This document shows, in pieces, positions 1-7,238 of a stretch of 11,642 bases of DNA (position 1 is its first letter; each line of letters starts with the position of its first letter). This DNA is from a virus. The stretch lies in UHGV virus genome UHGV-0294613. One strand, given 5' to 3'. Under the pieces are notes generated by a model. That model had not been told where the DNA came from. It saw only the letters and a list, made by a program, of their open reading frames with translations, and did no database searches. The position numbers and the translations under genes are program-made.

Positions 1-140
1 TTTTTTTATAAATTAAACATTGGTGCAGTACGGTAAACACGCTGGTGGTCGTGAATACTGACTGTTTATCTTGCTGGCTTTTTAGACAAGAGTTATTGGT
101 ATGTCATGTTAACCAGAAGGGAAAAAGACATGCTAAAACA
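1..140. repeat. Left arm of a perfect 140-bp inverted repeat (partner 458..597)
   Basis: Checked base by base: 1-140 is the exact reverse complement of 458-597 (p pairs with 598-p); 141 and 457 break the symmetry. The arm carries an RBS-like AGAAGGG and an ATG at 130 that opens a 13-codon ORF (130..171) on +. The window starts at base 1, so the repeat may extend further left. Confidence 0.9.
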
Positions 141-273
141 CTCTGGTAGGCTCACTCTGCTTTTGCGCTAAAGCAGTGGGCCGTGGTTCGCTTGTGACCA
201 GTAAGCATGAGCGAATGGCTGGCAGGTGCTACCAACACCCACCAGCCGCCCATTTTCACAAATTAAAAGCCCT

Positions 274-492
274 TCATTGCTGAAGGCGTCTGTAACAGCC
301 GAACTGGTAATCTGCCAGCCCCGCCATAACCAGCTGGGTCAGTATTAACTGACAGCGTTCGCGTGAAAGGTATGTGTTTTGTGCAATCTCCCCGACTGTT
401 GCCGGTTCGATGCTTAATTCATTAAAAACAACTTTCGCCGTTTCTGTCATATCTTGCTGTTTTAGCATGTCTTTTTCCCTTCTGGTTAACAT
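274..492 (-). CDS. Small HTH-like protein (72 aa from ATG 492; 64 aa if started at the RBS-preceded ATG 468)
   Basis: ORF in the track. The segment ATVGEIAQNTYLSRERCQLILTQLVMAGLA looks like a helix-turn-helix. The second ATG (468) is preceded by AGAAGGGAAAAAGAC; the stop TGA (274-276) sits inside hairpin 271-286, which is followed on the minus strand by GCTTTTAATTT. Family not recognised. Confidence 0.5.
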   Translation of the reverse strand: MLTRREKDMLKQQDMTETAKVVFNELSIEPATVGEIAQNTYLSRERCQLILTQLVMAGLADYQFGCYRRLQQ

Positions 493-597
493 GACATACC
501 AATAACTCTTGTCTAAAAAGCCAGCAAGATAAACAGTCAGTATTCACGACCACCAGCGTGTTTACCGTACTGCACCAATGTTTAATTTATAAAAAAA
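458..597. repeat. Right arm of the perfect 140-bp inverted repeat
   Basis: Exact reverse complement of 1-140. Contains the RBS-like sequence and both candidate start codons (492, 468) of the minus-strand ORF 274..492; its terminal A7 (591-597) doubles as the U-tract of the minus-strand terminator. Confidence 0.9.
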
Positions 598-611
598 CCG
601 CGAGAACGCGG
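591..611 (-). terminator. Rho-independent terminator downstream of the 176-aa gene
   Basis: Minus-strand reading CCGCG-TTCT-CGCGG (598-611) followed immediately by T7 (591-597), 38 nt after the stop at 650. Confidence 0.65.
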
Positions 612-649
612 TAAGTATTGTTAAAAAACCAACAGTAATTTCACTCAAC

Positions 650-1180
650 TTATTTAATACATTCTTTTGCTTGCGCATAATAAATTTTATGAGTATTAGC
701 AAGCTTAACGAAGTTATACTTAACTGCCCCTAACAGGGTTCCAACTCTTGTATGCCCTTCCATTAAATGGAGCCCTGTTGTATTACTTTTCAGCAAAGCT
801 CGATCTATAAAAAATGGTGGTTCGCACCATGTGCCAAAATTACACCAATGCGCTTTTATTTCATCATCCATAAATACATCACCTTTACGGGTCATGTAAT
901 CTTCAACGACCTCATGCAAAAAATCAGGGCAAGTAGCATTATCCCCGATAGTTAAAAAGTTTTTAGTGGGAAGTTCAATCAATTTCCATTCAATTTGGTC
1001 AATATCAAGATCCCCATAAAGCTTCTGAAATCTGTCATCGCCTACCAATCCATAATAAATCTCCTGAATTACAGGAGAGGGGGCAATGATAGAATATTGC
1101 TCACGAAGTATTCTTTCAGCCTCAGGAGCTTCAAATATGGTTCTTTCTGAGAAAATAGGCAGAAGATCTCGGTATAACAT
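650..1180 (-). CDS. Hypothetical protein, 176 aa; AT-rich cargo gene directly downstream of the late promoter/terminator
   Basis: Complete ORF with ATG at 1180 preceded by ACGGGGATATGG. Visibly lower GC than neighbours. It is the first gene after the PR'/tR'-like module, the position occupied by stx in Shiga-toxin phages. No family recognised. Confidence 0.65.
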   Translation of the reverse strand: MLYRDLLPIFSERTIFEAPEAERILREQYSIIAPSPVIQEIYYGLVGDDRFQKLYGDLDIDQIEWKLIELPTKNFLTIGDNATCPDFLHEVVEDYMTRKGDVFMDDEIKAHWCNFGTWCEPPFFIDRALLKSNTTGLHLMEGHTRVGTLLGAVKYNFVKLANTHKIYYAQAKECIK

Positions 1181-1209
1181 CCATATCCCCGTGTAAGAAA
1201 AAATAATTT

Positions 1210-1232
1210 AACCCGCTCGGCTGCGGTTTTTT
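1210..1232. terminator. tR'-like hairpin between the late promoter and the first late gene
   Basis: GC stem CCGC(1213-1216)/GCGG(1223-1226) with loop TCGGCT, followed by T6 (1227-1232) on +. On the minus strand the same hairpin is followed, after a short gap, by ATTATTTTTT. Canonical as a plus-strand terminator, plausible as the minus-strand tR'. Confidence 0.45.
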
Positions 1233-1274
1233 GGACTTATCAACGGTAGACATACAAAGCCCATCGTTGAGAAA

Positions 1275-1303
1275 ATCTTATCCATGTTTTTTGAAAAATG
1301 CAA
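1275..1303 (-). promoter_or_regulatory. PR'-like late promoter candidate
   Basis: Minus strand: -35 TTGCAT (1303..1298), 17-nt spacer, -10 TAAGAT (1280..1275). It lies just after the Q-like stop (1335) and about 40-60 nt upstream of the hairpin, matching a lambdoid PR'-tR' layout. Confidence 0.35.
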
Positions 1304-1334
1304 GCATCATGTCGCTATCTTTGGTGAAAATCAT

Positions 1335-2087
1335 TTATCTTGTCACTTTTCTCAATTGCGCTTCAGCATATGCTTCTTCCTGCCAGCACTTTGTAACCAG
1401 TTTATCAATGACGTCTGCATATCCTTTGTACCACTGATAATCCGTCAGGTCTGTTACCAGATTCTGGACATGATGCCGCGCCAGTGTGGTCGGTAAACGG
1501 CTAAACCGATTTCCATTGCAACGCCCACAAATCTTATAAACAGGCGTGCCATGAAGCCGGGTCCTTTTTTCATCCAGGACAATACCTTTACCCTTACACC
1601 CTCTGCACGCTGTGCTGACTTCTCCCTTACCATGACAATGCTGACATAGTTCCTTCACCCACTCTTCCTTGATAACAGATTCCCCGCTTCTGGAGTGTTT
1701 CACCACTTCGCGCAATACATTATGAAATCCAGTACCAGCACAATGCTCACAGCGAGCCTTACTTGCCGCAGACCTGGAATAATCAGCAAAGGCAAAATTC
1801 ACAAGGTAAGGAATAATCTGTAGCCGGGTTTCTTCACTCAATTTATTCAATGTCGGGTTATCCAGTGCCATCGCGTAATTGAGCAGACCTTCAATCGCAA
1901 ACTGAGGATCCTGAACACCAACTTTTGCCAGGAATAAGGCAAACCCAAGCGGTGCTTTCGACTGCACCATCCCCTGCGCAGCCATCACATCCGTAATTGT
2001 TAAACCACCAGAGCCTGTCGCCGGTGCGTCATCGCTCAATTTTGGAGATTTTGGGGAGTAATATTTCGGTAAGGCTTCAAGGTTCAT
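1335..2087 (-). CDS. Q-family late antiterminator (putative), 250 aa
   Basis: Last gene of the rightward-equivalent early operon, immediately followed by the promoter/terminator module. Zinc-finger-like Cys clusters (CEHCAGTG, CQHCHGKG, CRGCKGKG, CGRCNG). Start set at ATG 2087 (RBS GGAG 7 nt upstream) rather than the track start 2114, which would overlap the upstream stop. Confidence 0.55.
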   Translation of the reverse strand: MNLEALPKYYSPKSPKLSDDAPATGSGGLTITDVMAAQGMVQSKAPLGFALFLAKVGVQDPQFAIEGLLNYAMALDNPTLNKLSEETRLQIIPYLVNFAFADYSRSAASKARCEHCAGTGFHNVLREVVKHSRSGESVIKEEWVKELCQHCHGKGEVSTACRGCKGKGIVLDEKRTRLHGTPVYKICGRCNGNRFSRLPTTLARHHVQNLVTDLTDYQWYKGYADVIDKLVTKCWQEEAYAEAQLRKVTR

Positions 2088-2100
2088 GCTCGTTCTCCAC

Positions 2101-3096
2101 TTACGCCAGTACACCTATTGCCAGCGCACGATCGATAAAACGAAATATCAGCTCCAGCTGGGAGCCATACTTCTCTTCAAATGCCACGGTATCCGCATGC
2201 AGCTCGTCGTGATGCTTTCTGCACAAAGGCAACACAAAAAGGTCATGCGCTTTTGTTCCCATTCCACCCTGACCGTGACCTATCAGGTGGTGGGGATCAT
2301 CAGCGGGCTTTCCACAACATGCACACGGCTGTGTCTTAACCCAGCGCGTGTACTTTTCATTAACCCAGCGGCGACGTTTTGGGCGTAACATAAAAGACTC
2401 CGGCGACTCCGGATCCACTTTCAGCGCCAGCACCTTTTTCGCCTTATCCTGGATGATGCTGGTGGCAGGAACCGAAGGCACAAGGTCACTTTCCCGGGTG
2501 ACAGACGGCACAACAGGCTTCGGTAATCTCAGTGCCTTACGGGCTGCACTTTCCGGTAAGGCGTCCGCCAGGTCATTACGAATCAGCCACCAGCACAGTT
2601 CCGGCATTGTCACAACGTGACTGTCATCAAAACCGAGATCCCGACGCACAACAGACAACACCCAGCGGGCACAGTTATCCGTTGCCATTGATTCCAGCCG
2701 TTCCGTGAACTGATCGCGCAGCTGGTTATCGCAGTGCCAGCACAGACGGATTGCGCCCGGAGCGTGTCGCATTGTTGTCATGTTCTCGCTGTGCCAGTCG
2801 GAATGAAGCCACTGGCAGCCTTTTTCACGAAGTAACCAGCTTTCAAGACATTCCACGCCACCAGCACGACGGATCACTGCCTCATTGCGGAACACGGCCC
2901 GAACGGCAGGATCATCCGCCAGCGGTTGTGATGCCGCGGGAACGGCACCACTGGCGAAAGATGAATAACGTTCCGGCTCAGGCTCCAGCAGGACACGCCC
3001 CTGCATAAACAAGGGCATCAGCTCTGAACCTGGCCTGAACAATACGATCCCCATACGCGGGGCAATTTCAGGGGTCAGTAGTGCTCTCACGGTCAC
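2101..3096 (-). CDS. DUF968-like nin-region protein with C-terminal HNH-like Cys/His motif, 331 aa
   Basis: ORF in the track with GTG start at 3096. C-terminus CACCGKPADDPHHLIGHGQGGMGTKAHDLFVLPLCRKHHDELH resembles DUF968 proteins of lambdoid prophages (from memory). Confidence 0.5.
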   Translation of the reverse strand: MTVRALLTPEIAPRMGIVLFRPGSELMPLFMQGRVLLEPEPERYSSFASGAVPAASQPLADDPAVRAVFRNEAVIRRAGGVECLESWLLREKGCQWLHSDWHSENMTTMRHAPGAIRLCWHCDNQLRDQFTERLESMATDNCARWVLSVVRRDLGFDDSHVVTMPELCWWLIRNDLADALPESAARKALRLPKPVVPSVTRESDLVPSVPATSIIQDKAKKVLALKVDPESPESFMLRPKRRRWVNEKYTRWVKTQPCACCGKPADDPHHLIGHGQGGMGTKAHDLFVLPLCRKHHDELHADTVAFEEKYGSQLELIFRFIDRALAIGVLA

Positions 3097-3097
3097 C

Positions 3098-3907
3098 TCA
3101 ATGAACGGTATCGAGCAGCTTTAACAGCTCTGGGAATCGGGATTCGAAGAAATGCGGCTGCGTCTCGCGCGGATTTGCGGGACTGGTGATGTTCTTGCCG
3201 AACATGCAGCCTTTCGCCGTCAGCGACCAGAATTTTTTGATGTTGTTAATCGCTGTACGGCTGTATCGTTCGCGCTGTTCGACGATCCCCAGCTTCGCCA
3301 TCTGGTGATATGCCTGATTAGCCGTAAGGCGGATACCATACTGTTTCAGCAGTGCACTCAGCGACAGCGTAGGGCGACTTGAGCCATCAGGCGCGTCAGC
3401 AGGAGCATCAATGGCATAGCGCGGTGCCAGATTCGGTAAGCCAACAGCCTCCTGGAGTTTCTGACAGGCACCAAGCACAGATGAGTTAGACAGGTTTAAC
3501 TCCCGGCGCATAAAGTCCAGCAGAATCACGCCAGCCTGCATCTTGTCAGCAGCCTGTCCGGATAACTTTTCCGGCGCGCTGGTTACCATATCGAAAGTAC
3601 GGATCACCTTCAGATGGAATGACGGGCTGATCCACATTGCATAGGCATACACCAGTTCCTTACAGACATACGTTCCCCGTTCATTTCCCCCATGAATCAC
3701 ACTCACCGGGTCAACACCCAAATTCTGGGTGTTGGTTAATTCATGAACAAGCTCAACAGTTTGTTGGCTGGAAAGAAACTTTCCTGGCTCCTTGGTTCTG
3801 GCATTTGCACCAGATGCTACTGCTGCGCGATGCAGATCGTTCAGGCTGTAACGCCCATAAGCATCACGACGAACTTCAATACCATCAATGACCATCAGAT
3901 TATTCAT
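3098..3907 (-). CDS. KilA-N domain protein, 269 aa
   Basis: N-terminal segment MVIDGIEVRRDAYGRYSLNDLHRAA...GGNERGTYVCKELVYAYAMWISPSFHLKVIRTF matches the KilA-N pattern. ATG 3907 is preceded by AGGAG with a 9-nt spacer. Confidence 0.6.
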   Translation of the reverse strand: MNNLMVIDGIEVRRDAYGRYSLNDLHRAAVASGANARTKEPGKFLSSQQTVELVHELTNTQNLGVDPVSVIHGGNERGTYVCKELVYAYAMWISPSFHLKVIRTFDMVTSAPEKLSGQAADKMQAGVILLDFMRRELNLSNSSVLGACQKLQEAVGLPNLAPRYAIDAPADAPDGSSRPTLSLSALLKQYGIRLTANQAYHQMAKLGIVEQRERYSRTAINNIKKFWSLTAKGCMFGKNITSPANPRETQPHFFESRFPELLKLLDTVH

Positions 3908-3926
3908 ACTTCGTTTCTCCTCTTAA

Positions 3927-4316
3927 TCAGGCAGCTGCACCCGCCGTTTTCTCGTACTTACTGATAGTGATCTCGACCTTCCCTTCCGGGATAACCGGTC
4001 CCCACTCCACCAGCATTCTTTTCACCTGACTGTCGTCTTCCCACACCCCCGCGTGGGTCAGGGCGTCAAACAGCGCCTTGTTATAGTTGTCCAGATCGCG
4101 GATCCTGTTATCCGGAGGAAACAACACGATCTCCACTGAAGCAGGTGCCGACGTTGGTTTCGGCAGACGACGTAACTGCTCAACTATTGCTGCGCACGCC
4201 GCGCTCTGGAATTTTCGCCCCGCCGCGCTTATCAGGCTCTTACCAGCAAACGCCCCTTTGTTGGGGTGTCGCCAGTACGTGTTCACGCTGGGCGGAAAAG
4301 GCAGGATCAGCTTCAT
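3927..4316 (-). CDS. rusA: RusA-family Holliday junction resolvase, 129 aa
   Basis: N-terminal LPFPPSVNTYWR and central RDLDNYNKALFDALTHAGVWEDDSQV match the RusA signature (catalytic Asp cluster). ATGA start/stop overlap with the upstream gene at 4313-4316. Confidence 0.8.
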   Translation of the reverse strand: MKLILPFPPSVNTYWRHPNKGAFAGKSLISAAGRKFQSAACAAIVEQLRRLPKPTSAPASVEIVLFPPDNRIRDLDNYNKALFDALTHAGVWEDDSQVKRMLVEWGPVIPEGKVEITISKYEKTAGAAA

Positions 4317-4639
4317 ACTTTCAGGCCCCTCTCATGTAACCAGTGGGTTGCACGCAGCCTTGCGTTTTCCTCACCGGCAAGCAGTGAGCGGATAATCCCG
4401 ACCGCCTCGCTGTCGTCGTCCTTCACCGCGGTATGAAGCGTGATGCCCCGGGCCACGCCACGCTTTATCGTGATGACGCCTTTTTTCTCCAGTGCGCGAA
4501 GATGCTCCACCGCTGCATTCACTGAACGGTATCCCAGCATGGTTGCCACCTCCTGATTGGTTGGCGGGAAGCCACGTTCTTTCTGATAAGAAATCAGCAT
4601 ATCCAGCACCTGCTGCTGACACTGAGTTAACGTCGTCAT
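4313..4639 (-). CDS. Stand-alone LexA N-terminal DNA-binding-domain homologue (no peptidase domain), about 108 aa
   Basis: MTTLTQCQQQVLDMLISYQKERGFPPTNQEVATMLGYRSVNAAVEHLRALEKKGVITIKRGVARGI aligns closely by eye with the E. coli LexA N-terminus ([58 protein letters not shown]). The C-terminal ~40 residues have no Ser/Lys peptidase motifs. Start at 4639 forms a TAATG junction with the upstream gene; the track start 4672 is an alternative. Confidence 0.65.
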   Translation of the reverse strand: MTTLTQCQQQVLDMLISYQKERGFPPTNQEVATMLGYRSVNAAVEHLRALEKKGVITIKRGVARGITLHTAVKDDDSEAVGIIRSLLAGEENARLRATHWLHERGLKV

Positions 4640-5127
4640 TAAGCCCCCACGTAATTCCCTGACAGATACCATTCATCACCCGATACAGCGCGCTTGCTGC
4701 TTTTCCGTAAGCACCGCTCTCGACGCGCCAGAAAGTTGTTTCGTTCTGGCTGGGAGTGACTTTCACGGAATGCCGCCATCCACACCGTTGCAGCACGACG
4801 GTATAAGCCCCTGGACTCCAGCTCTTCAGCCTGGCGGGTCAGGCACAAAATCACCCGGGGATCGTTAGTGCCGACATAGAAATTGCGCACAGGTCTGGTT
4901 TCACGAACAGATTGTGGTTCCGGCTCCTGCGCTCTCTCAGTCAGGCGCGGGAAATGTCTGCGTGTATCTCCTTCACAACGGTGAGCCACACGCCCACTCT
5001 GACGTAACTTGCTTGCTGACTGCAGAACGCGCTGCCGTGAGTAACCAGCAAAAGCATCTGCAATGTCTCCGGAAGTACAGCCCGGATGGGCTTCAATGAA
5101 TTTCTGAACGTCATTCAAAAGACTCAT
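4639..5127 (-). CDS. Hypothetical protein, about 162 aa
   Basis: ORF in the track. ATG 5127 is preceded by AGGGGGTGATC; the track's GTG 5133 would overlap the upstream stop as GTGA. No family recognised. Confidence 0.55.
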   Translation of the reverse strand: MSLLNDVQKFIEAHPGCTSGDIADAFAGYSRQRVLQSASKLRQSGRVAHRCEGDTRRHFPRLTERAQEPEPQSVRETRPVRNFYVGTNDPRVILCLTRQAEELESRGLYRRAATVWMAAFRESHSQPERNNFLARRERCLRKSSKRAVSGDEWYLSGNYVGA

Positions 5128-5129
5128 GA

Positions 5130-6071
5130 TCACCCCCTGAATCCTGCCGGGATCTGGCTGTAGTCCACGTTGTCGTAACTGGCTTTGAAGTACGGGTCTT
5201 CACGTTTTTCTGTGTGCGTGCTGACGGACGGCGATAAGCGCAGGGAAAGCTCATCCCATTTTTCCCGCAACTTCGACGGGCTGAGCACGTTACGGCACCA
5301 GAACGGATCGCGGCTGACGCGGCTGTACATCTCGCAGATTTGTTTGTGAGTACGACCATCCTGCACACACATCAGGCGAATTTCGTTTGCCCATGCTGTC
5401 CAGTTCGGTTCTTTGGGACGAACCACCTCGCCGTCACATTCGGCGGCCTGCTCGTACAGGGCAATGATTTTTTTCCAGAGCCACTGTGCGCAGGTCAAAT
5501 CATCCTGCGTTCCCCACTGGCGCTTTTTAGGGCTGAATACAACCGCATCAGGATGGCGAGTTAAAAAATCCTGTTCAGCCGTCTGCGTGTCCGGTTGCGA
5601 AGCGTCCGGACGAGAAGGTTTTTTATCTGACGGATCATGTTTTGATTTTACTGACGGATCCCCGCCAGATTCTGACGGGTGAAAACCCGCTTTTTTGCCA
5701 GATTTCGACGCATCAAATTTTGACGGGTCAGATTTTGATACGTCAGATTTTGACGGGTCAGAATCTGACAGTTGAGAAAATGCCGCTGCCTGAAGCTTCG
5801 CAACGTTAAGCTGATAAACATTCGACGCATTGCGGTTACCCTGGCGACGCGCCTTACGCGTTAACCAGCCTTCTGCTTCCAGCCGTGCGATAGCCGTTCT
5901 GACGGTACTCATCCCCGCGCCAATCTGGCGGGCAATGGTTTCAATTGATGGCCAGCACACACCTTCGTCATTACTGAAATCAGCCAAGCGGGCCATAATT
6001 GCCACGCTGGATAATTTCATGCCTGACGCTGCGCAACCATCCCATACATAGCCGGTTAATTTAGTGCTCAT
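5130..6071 (-). CDS. Replication initiator (lambda O-like), 313 aa, with internal iterons
   Basis: N-terminal winged-helix-like region (SSVAIMARLADFSNDEGVCWPSIETIARQIGAGMSTVRTAIARLEAEGWL), a low-complexity repeat segment (DPSKSDVSKSDPSKFDASKS) encoded by DNA iterons, and a separate C-terminal domain. Gene order cro - CII-position gene - this gene matches lambdoid replication modules. Confidence 0.7.
   Translation of the reverse strand: MSTKLTGYVWDGCAASGMKLSSVAIMARLADFSNDEGVCWPSIETIARQIGAGMSTVRTAIARLEAEGWLTRKARRQGNRNASNVYQLNVAKLQAAAFSQLSDSDPSKSDVSKSDPSKFDASKSGKKAGFHPSESGGDPSVKSKHDPSDKKPSRPDASQPDTQTAEQDFLTRHPDAVVFSPKKRQWGTQDDLTCAQWLWKKIIALYEQAAECDGEVVRPKEPNWTAWANEIRLMCVQDGRTHKQICEMYSRVSRDPFWCRNVLSPSKLREKWDELSLRLSPSVSTHTEKREDPYFKASYDNVDYSQIPAGFRG
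5624..5773. repeat. Origin-type iteron array inside the initiator gene
   Basis: About eight copies of a ~15-bp unit with core TGACGG(A/G)TCA (e.g. GATTTTGACGGGTCA, GATTTTGATACGTCA, GAATCTGACAGTTGA), the last four in strict 15-bp tandem at 5714-5773. Confidence 0.75.
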
Positions 6072-6282
6072 GACCGACCTCTATTTCCCTGAATTTACGA
6101 CGAAACTGTTCGAGCGGGCTGAAGCACTCATGCTCATAGCCTTCACGGAGGTAGATAACCCGTTGTGTTTCCGGCTCCCAACGAATGACTCTGACGGGCA
6201 CTCCGTAGTGATCTTTGAACCAGCGGTTAACTTGTCGCAAAGGACTGCCTCCTTCTGCCGGTTGAAATCCCCCACAGCCCAC
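6061..6282 (-). CDS. Small phage protein segment (DUF4222-like from memory); 3' frame of a possibly frameshifted gene
   Basis: Globular-looking translation [53 protein letters not shown]. Its stop (6061-6063) overlaps the initiator start (6071) by 11 nt. No ATG: the track start is GTG 6282, and an internal TTG is preceded by GGAGG. Confidence 0.45.
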   Translation of the reverse strand: MGCGGFQPAEGGSPLRQVNRWFKDHYGVPVRVIRWEPETQRVIYLREGYEHECFSPLEQFRRKFREIEVGHEH

Positions 6283-6419
6283 TCTGCAAAGCTGTGGGTT
6301 ACAATTTCCCTGTCACCTGGTACATTCACTGCATAGCAATACTCCACCTTCGCTTTTCCACCCGGTACAGGAAGCGCAATCAGTTGCGAGCGACGGTAGT
6401 GTGTTGTTAAACTGTTCAT
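6081..6419 (-). CDS. Hypothetical protein, 112 aa as an ORF; probably only the N-terminal ~50 codons are genuine (5' frame of the same gene)
   Basis: ATG 6419 overlaps the upstream stop as ATGA. After about codon 50 the translation turns Ser-rich and non-globular, while the -1 frame becomes protein-like. A G5 run (C5 at 6269-6273 on +) sits at the switch point. Confidence 0.4.
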   Translation of the reverse strand: MNSLTTHYRRSQLIALPVPGGKAKVEYCYAVNVPGDREIVTHSFAEWAVGDFNRQKEAVLCDKLTAGSKITTECPSESFVGSRKHNGLSTSVKAMSMSASARSNSFVVNSGK

Positions 6420-6979
6420 GCGTTAGTTTCTCCACAGTCACGACACGCCACGGCGCCCGGAGCTGCACACTCGCGGGCGTCATTACTTTCTGAAATGCAA
6501 AAAATTTTGTAGACCAGTGCTGCATGCTCCTGCAGCTTCGAAATTGAGAGGTACAACTCGTCGTTAATTGCTGTCTTCTCATGCGGTTCCACTACACCGT
6601 CTTCAATTGCTGAACGAATCTGTTTTGAATAACTGCCGATCTGTTCAATGACCTCCAGCAGGCGTTGGTTGATATCGGCGTTGTCCACATCCTCGACGTC
6701 AGGAAGAGACACAAAGACGCCATTTGCAGACTGCGCCACAGCATCAGCAATGAAGTGAGTGCCACCAGCACGCTGTAAAACCATTGCCCATCCCAGCGGG
6801 AAAATCTGATCGCCATCTGCACGAAGGCGGTTGAATAAAGCGTTTTCTGTTACATCGAGCCAGTCAGCCGCTTCAGCGTAACCACCCGGCAACGCCGCGA
6901 TAGTTTTTCTGACAGCTTTCACGTACCACTCAGGCTGTTTTTCTATTTTCCAGTGATGCTTACCCACGATTAGCCTCAT
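6416..6979 (-). CDS. CII-position regulatory protein (possibly phage CII/CP76-like), 187 aa
   Basis: First gene downstream of cro in the PR-driven operon. The family assignment is from memory and unverified. ATG 6979 has no obvious RBS; in-frame GTG 6967 is preceded by GAGG. Confidence 0.4.
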   Translation of the reverse strand: MRLIVGKHHWKIEKQPEWYVKAVRKTIAALPGGYAEAADWLDVTENALFNRLRADGDQIFPLGWAMVLQRAGGTHFIADAVAQSANGVFVSLPDVEDVDNADINQRLLEVIEQIGSYSKQIRSAIEDGVVEPHEKTAINDELYLSISKLQEHAALVYKIFCISESNDARECAAPGAVACRDCGETNA

Positions 6980-7010
6980 CGTTCTGTGGTTAAAAATTGA
7001 AAGTGTTCTG

Positions 7011-7211
7011 CTAATCTTTCGGATAGATATCCGGTCTTAAGTCAGATTTCGTAATTGCACCTGACGTGCATTGCTCAAGTTTTTTAGCCAGCACAAAACT
7101 GGCTTTTTTATAGCCATTGAAAACCAGCCGTAAGTAGCCAGGTGTTGAGCCAACTTTTCCGGCCAACTCGCCCTGCTGTTCTTTGGTTAAAGAGTCCCAA
7201 TACGCTTTCAT
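7011..7211 (-). CDS. cro: Cro-like small HTH repressor, 66 aa
   Basis: Translation MKAYWDSLTKEQQGELAGKVGSTPGYLRLVFNGYKKASFVLAKKLEQCTSGAITKSDLRPDIYPKD. Divergent from the CI gene across a 90-bp operator region; RBS GGAGG lies 10 nt upstream of ATG 7211. The longer track ORF (to 7514) is an antisense extension over cI and the operators. Confidence 0.75.
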   Translation of the reverse strand: MKAYWDSLTKEQQGELAGKVGSTPGYLRLVFNGYKKASFVLAKKLEQCTSGAITKSDLRPDIYPKD

Positions 7212-7213
7212 AC

Positions 7214-7238
7214 AATATGTACCTCCGGTGTACATATT
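7214..7238. promoter_or_regulatory. Operator O1 (palindrome)
   Basis: AATATGTAC-CTCCGGT-GTACATATT: perfect 9-bp inverted arms around a 7-bp spacer, overlapping the PR -10, the transcription start and the cro RBS. Confidence 0.6.

Noticed and set aside
181-200. tRNA-like GGTTCG motif in the core of the inverted-repeat element
   Set aside because: The motif is followed by CTT rather than the TTCRANY T-loop consensus, and no flanking acceptor or anticodon stems pair.
1231-1496. Plus-strand ORFs 1231..1437 and 1284..1496
   Set aside because: They overlap the PR'-like promoter and the 3' end of the Q-like gene on the opposite strand, with no RBS; shadow ORFs.
4371-4796. 141-aa minus-strand ORF overlapping the LexA-domain and 162-aa genes
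   Set aside because: Out of frame with both supported genes and Arg/Gly-rich; a shadow ORF.
5648-5830. 60-aa minus-strand ORF with a repetitive RQNL translation
   Set aside because: It is an out-of-frame reading of the iteron array inside the replication initiator gene.
2086-6336. Plus-strand ORFs of 60-100 aa scattered across the Q-to-initiator block (e.g. 2086..2388, 2751..3008, 3637..3891, 4087..4395, 5340..5564, 6064..6336)
   Set aside because: All lie antisense inside well-supported minus-strand genes, lack RBSs and have biased, non-protein-like composition; they are shadow ORFs.
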